NCBI RefSeq assembly: GCF_006345805.1
Contig: NC_043002.1
Span: 9,548,001-9,612,000 of the forward strand
DNA from: Octopus sinensis
Taxonomy: Eukaryota
Reading direction: 5' to 3'
Length of the DNA stretch: 64,000 nucleotides
Shown here one piece after another: positions 24,190 through 36,442 of this stretch. The notes beneath the pieces were generated by a model. The model searched no databases and was not told the origin of the DNA. It saw only the letters and a program-made list of their open reading frames with translations. The position numbers and the translations under genes are program-made. Each line of letters opens with the position of its first letter. Within the stretch, counting starts at the first letter, position 1.

Positions 24190-25310
24190 TGATAGTTCTA
24201 TATTTAAGAAGTGAGGAATTATTTACATTATTTACATTCGACAGATCATCTTGTTTGTTGTTAACACAATGTTTTGACTGATACATCCCCCCACCCTTCT
24301 TCAGGTGTCTTGGGGGAAATTTCGAACCTGGGTTCATTATTATCATTATTATTATTATTATTATTGTTGTTGTTCAGGTCACTGTTTGGAATTGAACTTG
24401 GAATCTTGGGGTTAGTAGCCCACGCTCTTAACCACTATGCCATATGCCCGTGGGCAATTATGGAGTGAATTTTAGGGCTTATAAATCTAATATTTTCTAT
24501 CCTTCCTTAATACTGGTTCCCATATGCTGCTCACATCTGCACTCAGTCTGCTTAGGAGGTTGTTGTGTCCTAGCATATCTGCTGCTGCTGCTTTTAGTTT
24601 TCGAATTTTCCAGTGGTGTTCTCTGTCTATTATTTTTAACTTCATCCCGCAGGGAGAGGTGGTCTCCATTTTCCTATACATGATCAGCTATACCTGATTT
24701 ATCAATATCTCCTTGTGTCACAGCTTTGCGATGATCCTCTACCCTTATTTTGAGGGGGCAGCATGTTTTACCTTTGTGTAACCTACCACAGCTGCATGGG
24801 ATGGTGTACACGCAGTCTTTGGTCATATTCTCTTCTAATGGTGGTTTTACTCAAAGGAGATATTTGCAAAGTGTTGTATTACTCTTGAATACTGTCCTGA
24901 TGTCATATGGGCTGCATATCTTTTGTATCTTTTCGGAGAGGCCTTTCACATAGGTACAGACAGTATTTTGGCCTCATCCTCTCTCTCCTCCATAATTGGA
25001 GTGGGTAGTATATACTTTTGGGGTAGTTGTTGCTTAACAGATCATTACTGAGCTTGATCGTTTCTTTGTGATGTGTATCATGATCACTACTTATACTCTT
25101 TGCTTGATGTTTTAGGCACTGAGCAATCCCTCTCTTTACACTGTATGGATGGTGGGAATTGAAGTTGAAGTGCAAAGAATATAAGTAGTGACCGTGATAC
25201 AAACCACAAAGAAATGATCAAGCTCAATGCCGATCTGTTAGGCAACAACTACCCCAAAAGTATACTGTTTACTCCACGTGAAAGACCTCTCCAATAAAGT
25301 GAATGTTGTT
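24190..25310 (-). mobile_element. Penelope-like element remnant: RT thumb plus GIY-YIG endonuclease plus pLTR-like 3' region
   Basis: Minus strand gives HFNFNSHHPYSVKRGIAQCL, YVKGLSEKIQKIC, DCVYTIPCSCGRLHKGKT..LKIRVEDHRKAV...KSGIADH, KIIDREHHWKIRKLK. Confidence 0.9.
24378..24449 (-). other. tRNA-like (pseudo-tRNA or SINE head) segment followed by (AAT)n
   Basis: gggcatatggcatagtggttaagagcg (A box)...aagttcaattcc (B-box-like); anticodon arm present, acceptor stem poorly paired. Confidence 0.65.
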
Positions 25311-25903
25311 TGTGCACTGAAAGAGCATTGTCTCCTTGCTATGTATGGTGATTGTGTTTTGGCATGGGAGTAACTAAATGTACTTGTTGACCTGAATGAA
25401 ATCACATGTTTCATACCTCATTGGTATCTCTTTGTTTGTCTTGTCTATTCCCACCCTCAGTGTTGAAAGTTGGGGACCATAGACATATACGCACCATCTT
25501 TCTCGTTGGCTCTGGCTGTGATTGTGCATTCAGCCGGAAGTTTCCGGTCCATTCTTTGATGTTGTCCAGCCTGTTTTCTTTGTAATTATTTTTTTAATGC
25601 TGGTCTAAAGAGAAACGATTGCTTTTCTCACACCATTCTGTGTAAATTAGTCCTATTCCTTGTAAAGTACTTGCCATTATTAAGAAAGGTGTACACCATA
25701 GATATACTGCACTAAACAAGTATTCAATTTTGCAAAAATCTTTAAAATCACATTTGCATGAAAATCTTTGGATTACTTTTAACTGAGGAGAAAATGGTTG
25801 TTACTCTGTTGTTTACTTTTTATTATTTTCATATTTAGCAATAGAATTTGTTTTCATTTTATTTATTGCATTAGAATTATTTCATTTTTTTCTCAACTTT
25901 ACA

Positions 25904-26271
25904 TCTCTTTACATATAAATGGCAAAATGTGTGTGTGTGTGTGTGTCCTTTATACAAATCCACAATTTTTCAGTTAGAGGGCTCGCACTTTCTATGGTCA
26001 TTGAAAACCGTCCAAGGGTGGTCGTGCACATCTTTACATTTCCCCAGTCACCCCACAAAGCCATTAAAAAATCAATAGAAGTTATTTTTTTGTGAATTTT
26101 CTATCCAAAACTTAATCAAAATGCCCGAAACTTGATACGCCAATTGAATGTCAGCTAGCTGTATGTGATTGGTCAGAGATTTGGACAGTACTCGTGTGTA
26201 TATGCACACTCATGCATCTGTATATGCATGTACTAGCACTATGACCCGGCGTTGCTGGGTCATAGTGCTAG
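25904..26271 (+). mobile_element. Helitron family G, copy 1 of the tandem block
   Basis: A|TC...CTAG|T, 3' hairpin. Confidence 0.85.
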
Positions 26272-26633
26272 TGTGAGTATAATTATTAAGTAGAATCTAA
26301 AGAAAATTGTAACTACAAAAGTTTTTCAAAGTGAAATAAATTATTTTACTCTGAGAAAGAAGAGTTTAGAATTGAAATATAAGAAATAACCTTATGTGTA
26401 TTTTGCTTGAGTTTGTAGTAGGATATGGCATTGGTCCTCTAAAATTAGAAACAGGAACTGAATATTACAGTAAATCAGTATTATTATTGGTTGCTATGGT
26501 AGATTATGAGTAAAAAAGTTCATAGTGAGCTGAATTTTTCAACTAATCTTACTTTTTGGTTGAAGAAAGCCTTGCAGGAAGATACAACATCCCCTAAAAC
26601 ACCTGAAGAAGAGTGTCTCCTGAACAGCTTTAA

Positions 26634-27720
26634 CCCCTTAATGGATTATCCCGAGTTTACTCATGCATCGCAAATATATCTTTTTAGAACCAGACGAGTA
26701 TACTCGGTCAAAATGAACTTTTAACTCTTTAGCATTTAAACCGGCCATATCCGGCCAAAAGTATTCTGCCTGTTTTATGTTCAAACTGGCCAGATCTGGT
26801 CTCTCACACTGACCCTACAATGTCGTTTTAAAAATTAACAGCTACCTCATCAAAATCTCATAGCACCAAGATAATGCCTGATTAGTTCAAGGCAATGTGG
26901 ATAAAAAAGGATTAATTTTGGCAGAATAATGCGAACACTAAAGGGTTAATTTTAGCACTCAAACGAGATTATTTTGTTTTGTGTCATTTCATTTTTGAGC
27001 AATCACGAAATTACTCACGTTGTCGTTTGCCTGGCAGCACATATTCTGGCACCATTTCAAAGAATTTATGCCTCTGAGTTTTGAACTTATACTTCAGTGC
27101 ATACTAAGATCCAGGACGAGGTTGATGACATTTTAGAACCGTCTCGTTTTGATTCTCTATTATTTATACAAATAAGAGAATTATTTACGCATTTTTTCCC
27201 TCAAAATGAAGATTTAGACATGTTCAGTGATCACGAAAGCTATTTTTCATTTCACGATCTGGAAAGTTCTGGGGATGAATTAGACACATGTAGTTCAGAC
27301 TCTGACAATTTTTCAGAAGATGACAAAGAAGATCATCAGATAGATGCATGTGCATGGCACGAAATCAATTGCTTGTCCGATTCAAATAGAAAACAGATAC
27401 ATGTGTGATGTCCGCAAGATAACTTTGTGTGTAACTCCTTGTTTTAAAAATTATCATTTCCTTTGATTTAAAAGCAATACATTTTATAAAAAAATCGAAG
27501 ATAATTAAGTTATATGTATTTCTTCAATGACCAAGTTAACTCGTTTAAATCCAAATGAGTAAAAGTACATTTTAATTTCTATAATAAAAAATAAAGGAAA
27601 CAAGATTTTAAAAAAAACTTATTTTTGTAATTAACACAGTGTATATAATTAAAAAAGGAAGTTAAAGAAAAAATGCTCTGAAATGAAACACCATGTCAAA
27701 ATAATTGATCCATTAAGGGG
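26634..27720 (+). mobile_element. Internally deleted piggyBac with nested MITE E (26725-26945)
   Basis: TTAA TSD, 13-bp TIR CCCCTTAATGGAT; acidic N-terminal ORF and C-terminal RYMCDVRKITLCVTPCFKNYH* (stop 27464-27466), typical of the piggyBac cysteine-rich domain. Confidence 0.9.
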
Positions 27721-27863
27721 TTAAATCTTCTTTGCTCTGCAGTCATTACCTTAAATATTTCCATCATCATCTTAAATCAATATCATTCATTATTGGTTAA
27801 GTAACTGTACATTTTATTTTATTTTTTATGAAATTATTATTAAATATTATATATTTTATGTTA

Positions 27864-28229
27864 TCTCTATATATAAATGGCAAAATGTCTGTCTGTGTGT
27901 GTGTCCTTTATACAAATCCACAATTTTTCAGTTAGAGGGCTCGCACTTTCTATGGTCATTGAAAACCGTCCAAGGGTGGTCGTGCACATCTTTACATTTC
28001 CCCAGTCACCCCACAAAGCCATTAAAAAATCAATAGAAGTTATTTTTTTGTGAATTTTCTATCCAAAACTTAATCAAAATGCCCGAAACTTGATACGCCA
28101 ATTGAATGTCAGCTAGCTGTATGTGATTGGTCAGAGATTTGGACAGTACTCATGTGTATATGCACACTCATGCATCTGTATATGCATGTACTAGCACTAT
28201 GACCCGGCGTTGCTGGGTCATAGTGCTAG
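27864..28229 (+). mobile_element. Helitron family G, chimeric junction copy
   Basis: 5' part matches the copy at 29822, 3' part matches the copy at 25904. Confidence 0.85.
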
Positions 28230-28591
28230 TGTGAGTATAATTATTAAGTAGAATCTAAAGAAAATTGTAACTACAAAAGTTTTTCAAAGTGAAATAAATT
28301 ATTTTACTCTGAGAAAGAAGAGTTTAGAATTGAAATATAAGAAATAACCTTATGTGTATTTTGCTTGAGTTTGTAGTAGGATATGGCATTGGTCCTCTAA
28401 AATTAGAAACAGGAACTGAATATTACAGTAAATCAGTATTATTATTGGTTGCTATGGTAGATTATGAGTAAAAAAGTTCATAGTGAGCTGAATTTTTCAA
28501 CTAATCTTACTTTTTGGTTGAAGAAAGCCTTGCAGGAAGATACAACATCCCCTAAAACACCTGAAGAAGAGTGTCTCCTGAACAGCTTTAA

Positions 28592-29678
28592 CCCCTTAAT
28601 GGATTATCCCGAGTTTACTCATGCATCGCAAATATATCTTTTTAGAACCAGACGAGTATACTCGGTCAAAATGAACTTTTAACTCTTTAGCATTTAAACC
28701 GGCCATATCCGGCCAAAAGTATTCTGCCTGTTTTATGTTCAAACTGGCCAGATCTGGTCTCTCACACTGACCCTACAATGTCGTTTTAAAAATTAACAGC
28801 TACCTCATCAAAATCTCATAGCACCAAGATAATGCCTGATTAGTTCAAGGCAATGTGGATAAAAAAGGATTAATTTTGGCAGAATAATGTGAACACTAAA
28901 GGGTTAATTTTAGCACTCAAACGAGATTATTTTGTTTTGTGTCATTTCATTTTTGAGCAATCACGAAATTACTCACGTTGTCGTTTGCCTGGCAGCACAT
29001 ATTCTGGCACCATTTCAAAGAATTTATGCCTCTGAGTTTTGAACTTATACTTCAGTGCATACTAAGATCCAGGACGAGGTTGATGACATTTTAGAACCGT
29101 CTCGTTTTGATTCTCTATTATTTATACAAATAAGAGAATTATTTACGCATTTTTTCCCTCAAAATGAAGATTTAGACATGTTCAGTGATCACGAAAGCTA
29201 TTTTTCATTTCACGATCTGGAAAGTTCTGGGGATGAATTAGACACATGTAGTTCAGACTCTGACAATTTTTCAGAAGATGACAAAGAAGATCATCAGATA
29301 GATGCATGTGCATGGCACGAAATCAATTGCTTGTCCGATTCAAATAGAAAACAGATACATGTGTGATGTCCGCAAGATAACTTTGTGTGTAACTCCTTGT
29401 TTTAAAAATTATCATTTCCTTTGATTTAAAAGCAATACATTTTATAAAAAAATCGAAGATAATTAAGTTATATGTATTTCTTCAATGACCAAGTTAACTC
29501 GTTTAAATCCAAATGAGTAAAAGTACATTTTAATTTCTATAATAAAAAATAAAGGAAACAAGATTTTAAAAAAAACTTATTTTTGTAATTAACACAGTGT
29601 ATATAATTAAAAAAGGAAGTTAAAGAAAAAATGCTCTGAAATGAAACACCATGTCAAAATAATTGATCCATTAAGGGG
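28592..29678 (+). mobile_element. Duplicate of the deleted piggyBac with nested MITE E (28683-28903)
   Basis: Near-exact +1958 copy. Confidence 0.9.
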
Positions 29679-29821
29679 TTAAATCTTCTTTGCTCTGCAG
29701 TCATTACCTTAAATATTTCCATCATCATCTTAAATCAATATCATTCATTATTGGTTAAGTAACTGTACATTTTATTTTATTTTTTATGAAATTATTATTA
29801 AATATTATATATTTTATGTTA

Positions 29822-30211
29822 TCTCTATATATAAATGGCAAAATGTCTGTCTGTGTGTGTGTCCTTTATACAAATCCACAATTTTTCAGTTAGAGGGCTC
29901 GCACTTTCTATGGTCATTGAAAACCGTCCAAGGGTGGTCGTGCACATCTTTACATTTCCCCAGTCACCCCGCAAAGCCATTAAAAAATCAATAGAAGTGA
30001 CTTTTTTGTGAATTTTCTATCCAAAAGCCAATCAAAATGTCCGAAACTTGATACGCCAATTGAATGCTGGCTAGCTGTATGTGATTGATCGGAGATTTGG
30101 ACAGTACCCGGAGATTTGGACAGTATGTGATTGGTTGGAGATTTGGACAGATTTGCCGGGTCATAGTGCTAGTGCATGCATATAATATTTTATGTTAGGC
30201 ACTTTTATGGA
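29822..30211 (+). mobile_element. Helitron family G, long variant, 3'-truncated
   Basis: Matches the 8104 copy, including ggagatttggacag subrepeats. Confidence 0.8.
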
Positions 30212-31062
30212 CCACGTCCAATATTTGTAGTTTTTTACTATTCGCAGGTGCTCTAGGAGCGTCACCCCCACGAATACCGGGGGGGGGGGGGGACTACTGT
30301 AATGTAATAAATTGTTGATTCTATCCTATTATAATTAAATGATATCTGACAGATGTCAATTGTTTCAACTAAAGAAAATAAAGAAAAATAGCTTGTTTGT
30401 ATTGGTGTATATATATTTTCTGCACCTATCTGGAGCAGAAGATCTTTATTTTCTCTACATTCGTCACCATTTTGACTTCAAATAGATGCTCATCTGCTTC
30501 TGACCTCTACAATTTCATACGTGGCTATTTAACCTTGAATGTTTCTATTAAAGCCTAATTGATAGCTATTTGAAAGGAAAATAAGCATAATCAATATTTG
30601 ACCTTTTCATACGACAATAATTGCTATGGACTTCACCTGCCGTTTGTATCACTTCATTAAAAAAAATTAATAAAATCTCTGTACAACGACTTTACTTGTT
30701 TAAATGTCAAATAAGTTTTTGCAGTTACTCTATGCTTTGAAGTTAAATTTGCAATGGTTTTCCTAAATTTCTCAGCTACTTGTAAAACGTGAGTGGTGTA
30801 GAGAAGAGATGCTTCTTGCTAAGTCAAGTCTACAATCTGGTTTTGAGTTTCAATTGGAGATTTATTTTACTTCACCTTCATTGTTATCGATAAAATATGA
30901 TTGTTTCAATTCATCATTTTCTTCTTTTATTTAACATAAAGAAAGGTCTTTGGTAGTATCCCAGCGACGTAATATATTTTCAATGTGTCTGTGGAAAAAA
31001 GAATTTTTTTGGAACCAACATAGGGCTAATTTTTGTAACAGAAATGTAGTTTATTGTATTAA

Positions 31063-31508
31063 CCCTTTAGCATTTAAACCGGTTATATCCGGCCAAAAGT
31101 ATTCTACCCGTTTTATGATCAAACTGGCCAGATCTGGTCTCTCACACCAACCCTACACTATCATTTTAACCCTTTTGTTACTAACCTGGCCAAAACCGGC
31201 TCTAGCTCTGTGGTAAAAATGTCTTGTTTTCATAAGTTTTGAATTAAAATATTCCACCACACCTTGGTCACAATTTACATTCCTAACCCTAGTTTAATGA
31301 TAACTAAGTTATTTTACTAAATTCTTTGTTATGTTTAAAATAATTGAAAGAAACACAGAGCATCTCAAAATAAATACAGTAACGAAAGGGTTAAAAATTA
31401 ACAGCTACCTCATCAAAATCTCATAGCTACAAGATAATGCAGGATTAGTTCAAAACAATGTGGATTAAAAAGGATTAACTTTGGCAGAATAATGCGAACA
31501 CTAAAGGG
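31063..31508. mobile_element. piggyBac-type MITE E with MITE D nested at 31170-31390
   Basis: Outer TTAA/CCCTTTAG TIRs; inner D flanked by duplicated TTAA where the empty E copy (about 26827) has a single TTAA. Confidence 0.9.
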
Positions 31509-31851
31509 TTAAGTGTGGAAGGATGAAATCAGAATGTAAAACTTCGTACTCCAGGCATTTATTCTGTGAATTCTTGTATGAAAGGTGTGTATAGGCATGT
31601 ACAGCTATTTGAATTCTTTCAATATATTACTGATACCTATTAACTGTACAGATGAGATTTGAATACAAAAACAGTCTCTGAATATCTGTGTCTGCAAAAT
31701 ATCCAGCCAACCATATTTTTTTTTCCAACTTCCAATAAGAAAAACTTAATTCTTTTTGTTACACTGTTAAAATACACTCCATTTGTTTTAATTAATTTTG
31801 TCAATAACGACATATTTAGTAAAAATAACTGGAATTTGGAGCATAAATTAA

Positions 31852-32080
31852 CCCTTCAGATTTCTCCATCTAATGTAACACTTATTTATTCACTTAGTCT
31901 TTGTACTAATTGTGTGTTTGAATTAATTATGTGCTGTCCTGTAGCTTTGAGATTTCAATGATGCAACTGTTTCTTTTTAGAAGGACATTGTAGGCTAGGT
32001 GTGAGAAGCCGGAGCTGGCCATTTTGAGCATAAAACAGGTAGAATATTTGGACCAGGTGTGGCTAGTTTAAATGCTAAAT
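31852..32080. mobile_element. Diverged MITE E relative, opposite orientation
   Basis: Reverse similarity (ggctagtttaaatgctaaa; tgtgagaagccggagctggcc). Confidence 0.6.
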
Positions 32081-32118
32081 GAAATTTTGAAGGAAGATTA
32101 TCATTTATGTCACTTTAA

Positions 32119-32338
32119 CCCTTTCGTTACAGTATTTCTGTTGAGATGCTCTGTGTTTCTTTCAATTACTTGAAATATAACAAAGAATTCAGTAAAATAA
32201 CTCAGTTGTCATTCAGCTGGTGTTAGGAACATAAATTGTGACTAAGGTTTGGTGGAAGATTTTAGTTCAGAACTCATGAAAACAAGACATTTGTACTCAG
32301 AACCAGAGCCGGTTTCAGCTGAGTTGGTAACGAAAGGG
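32119..32338. mobile_element. MITE D
   Basis: TIRs intact, TTAA on left, TTAT on right. Confidence 0.9.
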
Positions 32339-32704
32339 TTATACAGGAAGTTTGTACCATAGAACCAGGAGTGGTTCTATGATACAGACAAGTTGGCATC
32401 AAAATAGAGAGGGAAAACTTTCAAAGATTGAAGAGCTGTTTTGTTGCTCACGAGATCACCACAAAATTTTATGCGATTCAAGAGCACACAAATAGTTTTC
32501 TCTCACCTTTAATAATAGTGGTATGATACAAAATATTGACTCTTCAACGGGTGGTCTGACATCCTTTCAACTCACTCCAGCTGTGACTCTTTTACTATTG
32601 TTTATTTTATAAGCAAATAGACCTGCTCTCTCAGATATTGATTGAAAAGAAATGACATTGATTTTAACACACATGTGAGAATTTTAATAGATTATTTTAA
32701 AGCA

Positions 32705-32872
32705 ATTCTGTTGTGTCTGGGGAGAGTCATTTTCTTTTTGTTGCCTAACAGGTAAAATTTCCACTTTTTTTTCTTATTTTTATTGTCCTAAAAAAAGTGG
32801 AAATTTTACCGGGTGAGTGTGTTAAATAATAAGGCACTAAAAGAAAATGACTCTCCCCAGACACAACAGAAT
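32705..32872. repeat. Fold-back palindrome with two stems
   Basis: attctgttgtgtctggggagagtcattttcttt pairs with aaagaaaatgactctccccagacacaacagaat; inner ggtaaaatttccactttttt pairs with aaaaaagtggaaattttacc. Confidence 0.9.
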
Positions 32873-33767
32873 ATGCATCAACACACAAACTCATATAAAG
32901 AATCTTGCAAACCAAATCCCAAAATGAAATATTTTAAAGCAATATATCTAAAAACAGTCTCATTGCCTTTTGAGTTGAATTCCAACTTTATTCATCATAA
33001 AAATAATGAGTACAAGTCCTCTATCTATATATGTATATATATATGATATATGAATATAAGATTGAAGGATCGAGGTGTAGGAAGAAAGTTAGCTTCAAGC
33101 AATCCATAGTAAATATAAAAAACAACTTTCAGAGACAATAGAAAGTTGTGGAAAATTTTGTATTAAGTACCATAAACTGTTAAAAGTTTTTTTTAATATT
33201 TCATGGTAGGTGACTAGGATTACTGAATATGTGAATAAGAAGTGGCTTTGTAATGATTTGGCCCATCCCACCTTACTTGGATGTGTTGTGGTTTATAATG
33301 CCTCAGATTGTAAACAACCTGAAAAATCATTTGGTGTAGATGATACATGCTAGAAAGCATCTAAATTCTATTATTAGTTAATAAAATTCAGTCAGTACAC
33401 CTGCGGATGGGTCTTCTGCATCACGTGATTTCAGTGTATCATGGTTCATCAGTGGCAGCCAGCCAAGCTGAATGCTAGGCAGAAAATCAGTAAAGCTGAT
33501 GTAGAATAAAAATACTGGTGAAACAACCAGTAGTGCCATGGAAAGCTGGCAGGTTTATGTATAAATTAGCTACTAACGACTTGATTGTTGCACAAATTTT
33601 TATTGAACTTTGGAAATAAGTTTCTAGTCCCCTTCCTTGCTTAGTGGAGCTGTTACTGCCTGCACTTCTCTGGGACTTTTTTTTGTGGAGATTCTGAACC
33701 GTTTAATCTGTCTCAAACTCATTTCTAATCCGAGTGATAGCAGTTCACATTGGGGAATAAGTTTGAA

Positions 33768-34300
33768 CATCATCATCATCGTTTAACGTCCGTTTTCCGC
33801 GGTAGCACGGGTTGGACAGTTCGACCAGGGTCTGGGAATCCAGGGGCTGCTCCAGTCTGATCTGGCAGAGTTTCTACGGCTGGATGCCCTTCCTAACGCC
33901 AACCACTCCGCAAGTGTAGTGGGTGCCTTTTACGTGCTACCTGCACAGGTGCCAGGGGGGGGGGGTCTGGCATCGGCCACGATCGGTTGGAGCTTTTAAC
34001 GTGCCACCGGCACGGAAACCAGCCAGGGCGGCGCTGGCAACAGCCACGTTCGGATGGTGCTTTTTATGTGCCACCAGCACAGAAGCCAGTCGGGGTGGCG
34101 CTGGCATTGGCCACGTTCGGATGGTGCTTTTTATGTTCCACCGGCACAAAAGCCAGTCAGGGCGGCGCTGGCATCGGCCACGTTCGGATGGTGCTTTTTA
34201 TGTGCCACCAGCACAGGTATCACAACTACTTTTTCCATTGATATTTATTTCGATGTTCATGTTCATGACTCAACAGGTCTCCTCAAGCACAGCGGGACAT
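33768..34300 (-). mobile_element. RTE LINE 3' end with subrepeats
   Basis: (CAT)n, reverse core, repeated ccacgttcggatggtgctttttatg. Confidence 0.9.
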
Positions 34301-34509
34301 TCTGGGATCCAGGGTACTTTGAACCTCCTTCCTTAAATTGTCTTTGCACTTTGACTGCATTTTCATACCACCAATAGCACTTTATGGGAAATTTCTTTAG
34401 TTCAAAGCTTTAGTCTGGCACTCTTCATTATTTCTAACGAGTTAAATCTAAAAACGAAACAATCATCATCTGTTAAATTGTGTATAAATATTTTTGGGGA
34501 CTCCTTGCA

Positions 34510-34678
34510 GGCACAGATGTGGCTGTGTGGTTAAGAAGTTTGCTTCCCCTTCCCAATCACATGGTTCTGGGTTCAGTCCTTTTGTGTGGCACCTATGACA
34601 ATTGCCTTCTGCTGCAAGTTCTGGACTGATTAAAGCTTTGTGAGGGGATTTAGTGGATGGAAAGTGAAAACAGCCTAT

Positions 34679-34714
<36 letters not shown>

Positions 34715-34946
34715 GTGAAAATTGGTGCTTACTTGTCTCGATATGGTGCAATTGTTTTAAACGTGTGTCACTGTCATGTAAGTGGTGTTCCTCATTTCCA
34801 ATTTTTTTTATAAAATCATGTTTGGTCCACGAGGGAAAATTACCTTACAGGTGAGAGTTGGGAAAATGAAGTGCACCTGGCTATAGCAAATTCTGTCTGA
34901 CCCATGTCAACATGGAAAATTGGATATCAAAATGGTAATGATGATG
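34510..34946 (+). mobile_element. Older SINE with a B-type tRNA head and RTE-like tail
   Basis: gtggctgtgtggttaagaag...gggttcagtcc head; tail cccatgtcaacatggaaaattggatatcaaaatggtaatgatgatg. Confidence 0.65.
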
Positions 34947-34990
34947 GCATACACACACATACACACACACACACACATTGATTCAATCAA

Positions 34991-35358
34991 TCTCTCTATA
35001 TATAAACGGCAAAATGTGTGTGTGTGTGTATCCTTTATACAAATCCACAATTTTTCAGTAAGAGGGCTCGCACTTTCTATGGTCATTCAAAACCGTCCAA
35101 GGGTGGTCGTGCACCTCTTTACATTTCCCCAGTCACCCCCGCAAAGCCATTAAAAATTCAATAGAAGTGACTTTTTTTGTGAATTTTCTATTCGAAACCC
35201 AATCAAAATTCTCGAAAGTTGATACGCCAATTGAATGCCAGCTAACTGTATGTGATTGGTCAGAGATTTGGACAGTACTTGCATGTATGTGCGCACGCAC
35301 GCAGCTGTATATGCATGCACTAGCACTATGACCCAGCGTTACCAGGTCATAGTGCTAG
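34991..35358 (+). mobile_element. Helitron family G
   Basis: A|TC...CTAG|T with hairpin. Confidence 0.85.
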
Positions 35359-36041
35359 TTATACCTATAAAATTCTTCAACATTTTATTTTTCTATTATA
35401 AGAAATTATCATCATCATTTTGATTTACATCATTGCATATCTCAGTTCAAAGCCTGGTTCTCTATATCTTAGGAGTTGCTGCTGAGTCTAATATTTTTGA
35501 GTTTCCTCTTTGTCTAAACGTTCAGTTGTGTGTTCTGGTGGAGGATATACATTTCTTTGCTTAACATGTTCATATATTTTTTCTCCTATTCAGTATGTAG
35601 TCACTGCTAATCTTAGCATCATGTCAATTCATGCATTTTGTAGAATTGTTTTCGCAAGCCTCAGCATACTCTGTAATAATGGGGTAGGATAGGATGATTA
35701 ATTTATGGGTACGTCTTTCTCGTTGGCACTTTGGCTTCATGTTCTATGCCTTTTTAAAGAGTTCTTTGATGGCTTTTCTGCCATACTATAAGTGCTTTTG
35801 TCATTTTATTTGTATTATCTAATTTTTTAAAAATATAATTAGTGTGTAAAGCATATGAATAATTTCTTTTCTTTTGAAATTCTCATACTTCAGTGATGAG
35901 AAGGTAAACCATATAATTGAGAGAACAACCAGGAACTATTTCTGTTTTGAAATATTTTTTACTCTCAAGTTTTTATGTTATTTTAGTTGCCCAGATGGAA
36001 ACCAGTTTGACATTCTTCAAGTAAAGTTTGCTGTTTATTAA

Positions 36042-36259
36042 CCCTTTCGTTACCAACCCGGCTGAAACCAGCTCTGGCTCTGAGTACAAATGTCTTGTTT
36101 TCATAAGTTCTGATAAAATCTTCCACCAAACCTTAGTCACAATTTATGTTCCTAACACTAGCTGAATGGTAACTAAGTTATTTTACTACATTCTTTGTTA
36201 TATTTAAAGTAATTGAAAGAAACACAAAGCATCTCAAAATAAATACAGTAATGAAAGGG
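36042..36259. mobile_element. MITE D
   Basis: TTAA TSD, TIRs. Confidence 0.9.
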
Positions 36260-36442
36260 TTAAGGGGATATACTTTTAGTTAGTTAAGAATGGTTGGTGT
36301 TCTACAGTCTTTTGGTAGGGAAGAAAATGTGTGGTTTGAGATATTAAAATATTGTACTCCATATAATATGTTTTCTTACTTATGTTGCGGTTTTAAAATG
36401 TTATGAAATTATTTATACTTGTGGTTTTGCAAGAGAATTGTC

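Larger units (their letters stand above)
25935..29970. repeat. 1958-bp tandem segmental duplication
   Basis: Identical ORF pairs offset by 1958 (26506/28464, 27097/29055); only two substitutions noticed. Confidence 0.95.

Noticed and set aside
23727-24281. Repetitive ORFs containing LQLDALPNANHS (also at 4676, 5288, 11652, 21644, 43212, 47948)
   Set aside because: Antisense translations of the RTE 3' UTR
24378-24449. Functional tRNA gene (also 53790-53860 and the SINE heads)
   Set aside because: Acceptor stems do not pair and the sequences are embedded in repeats
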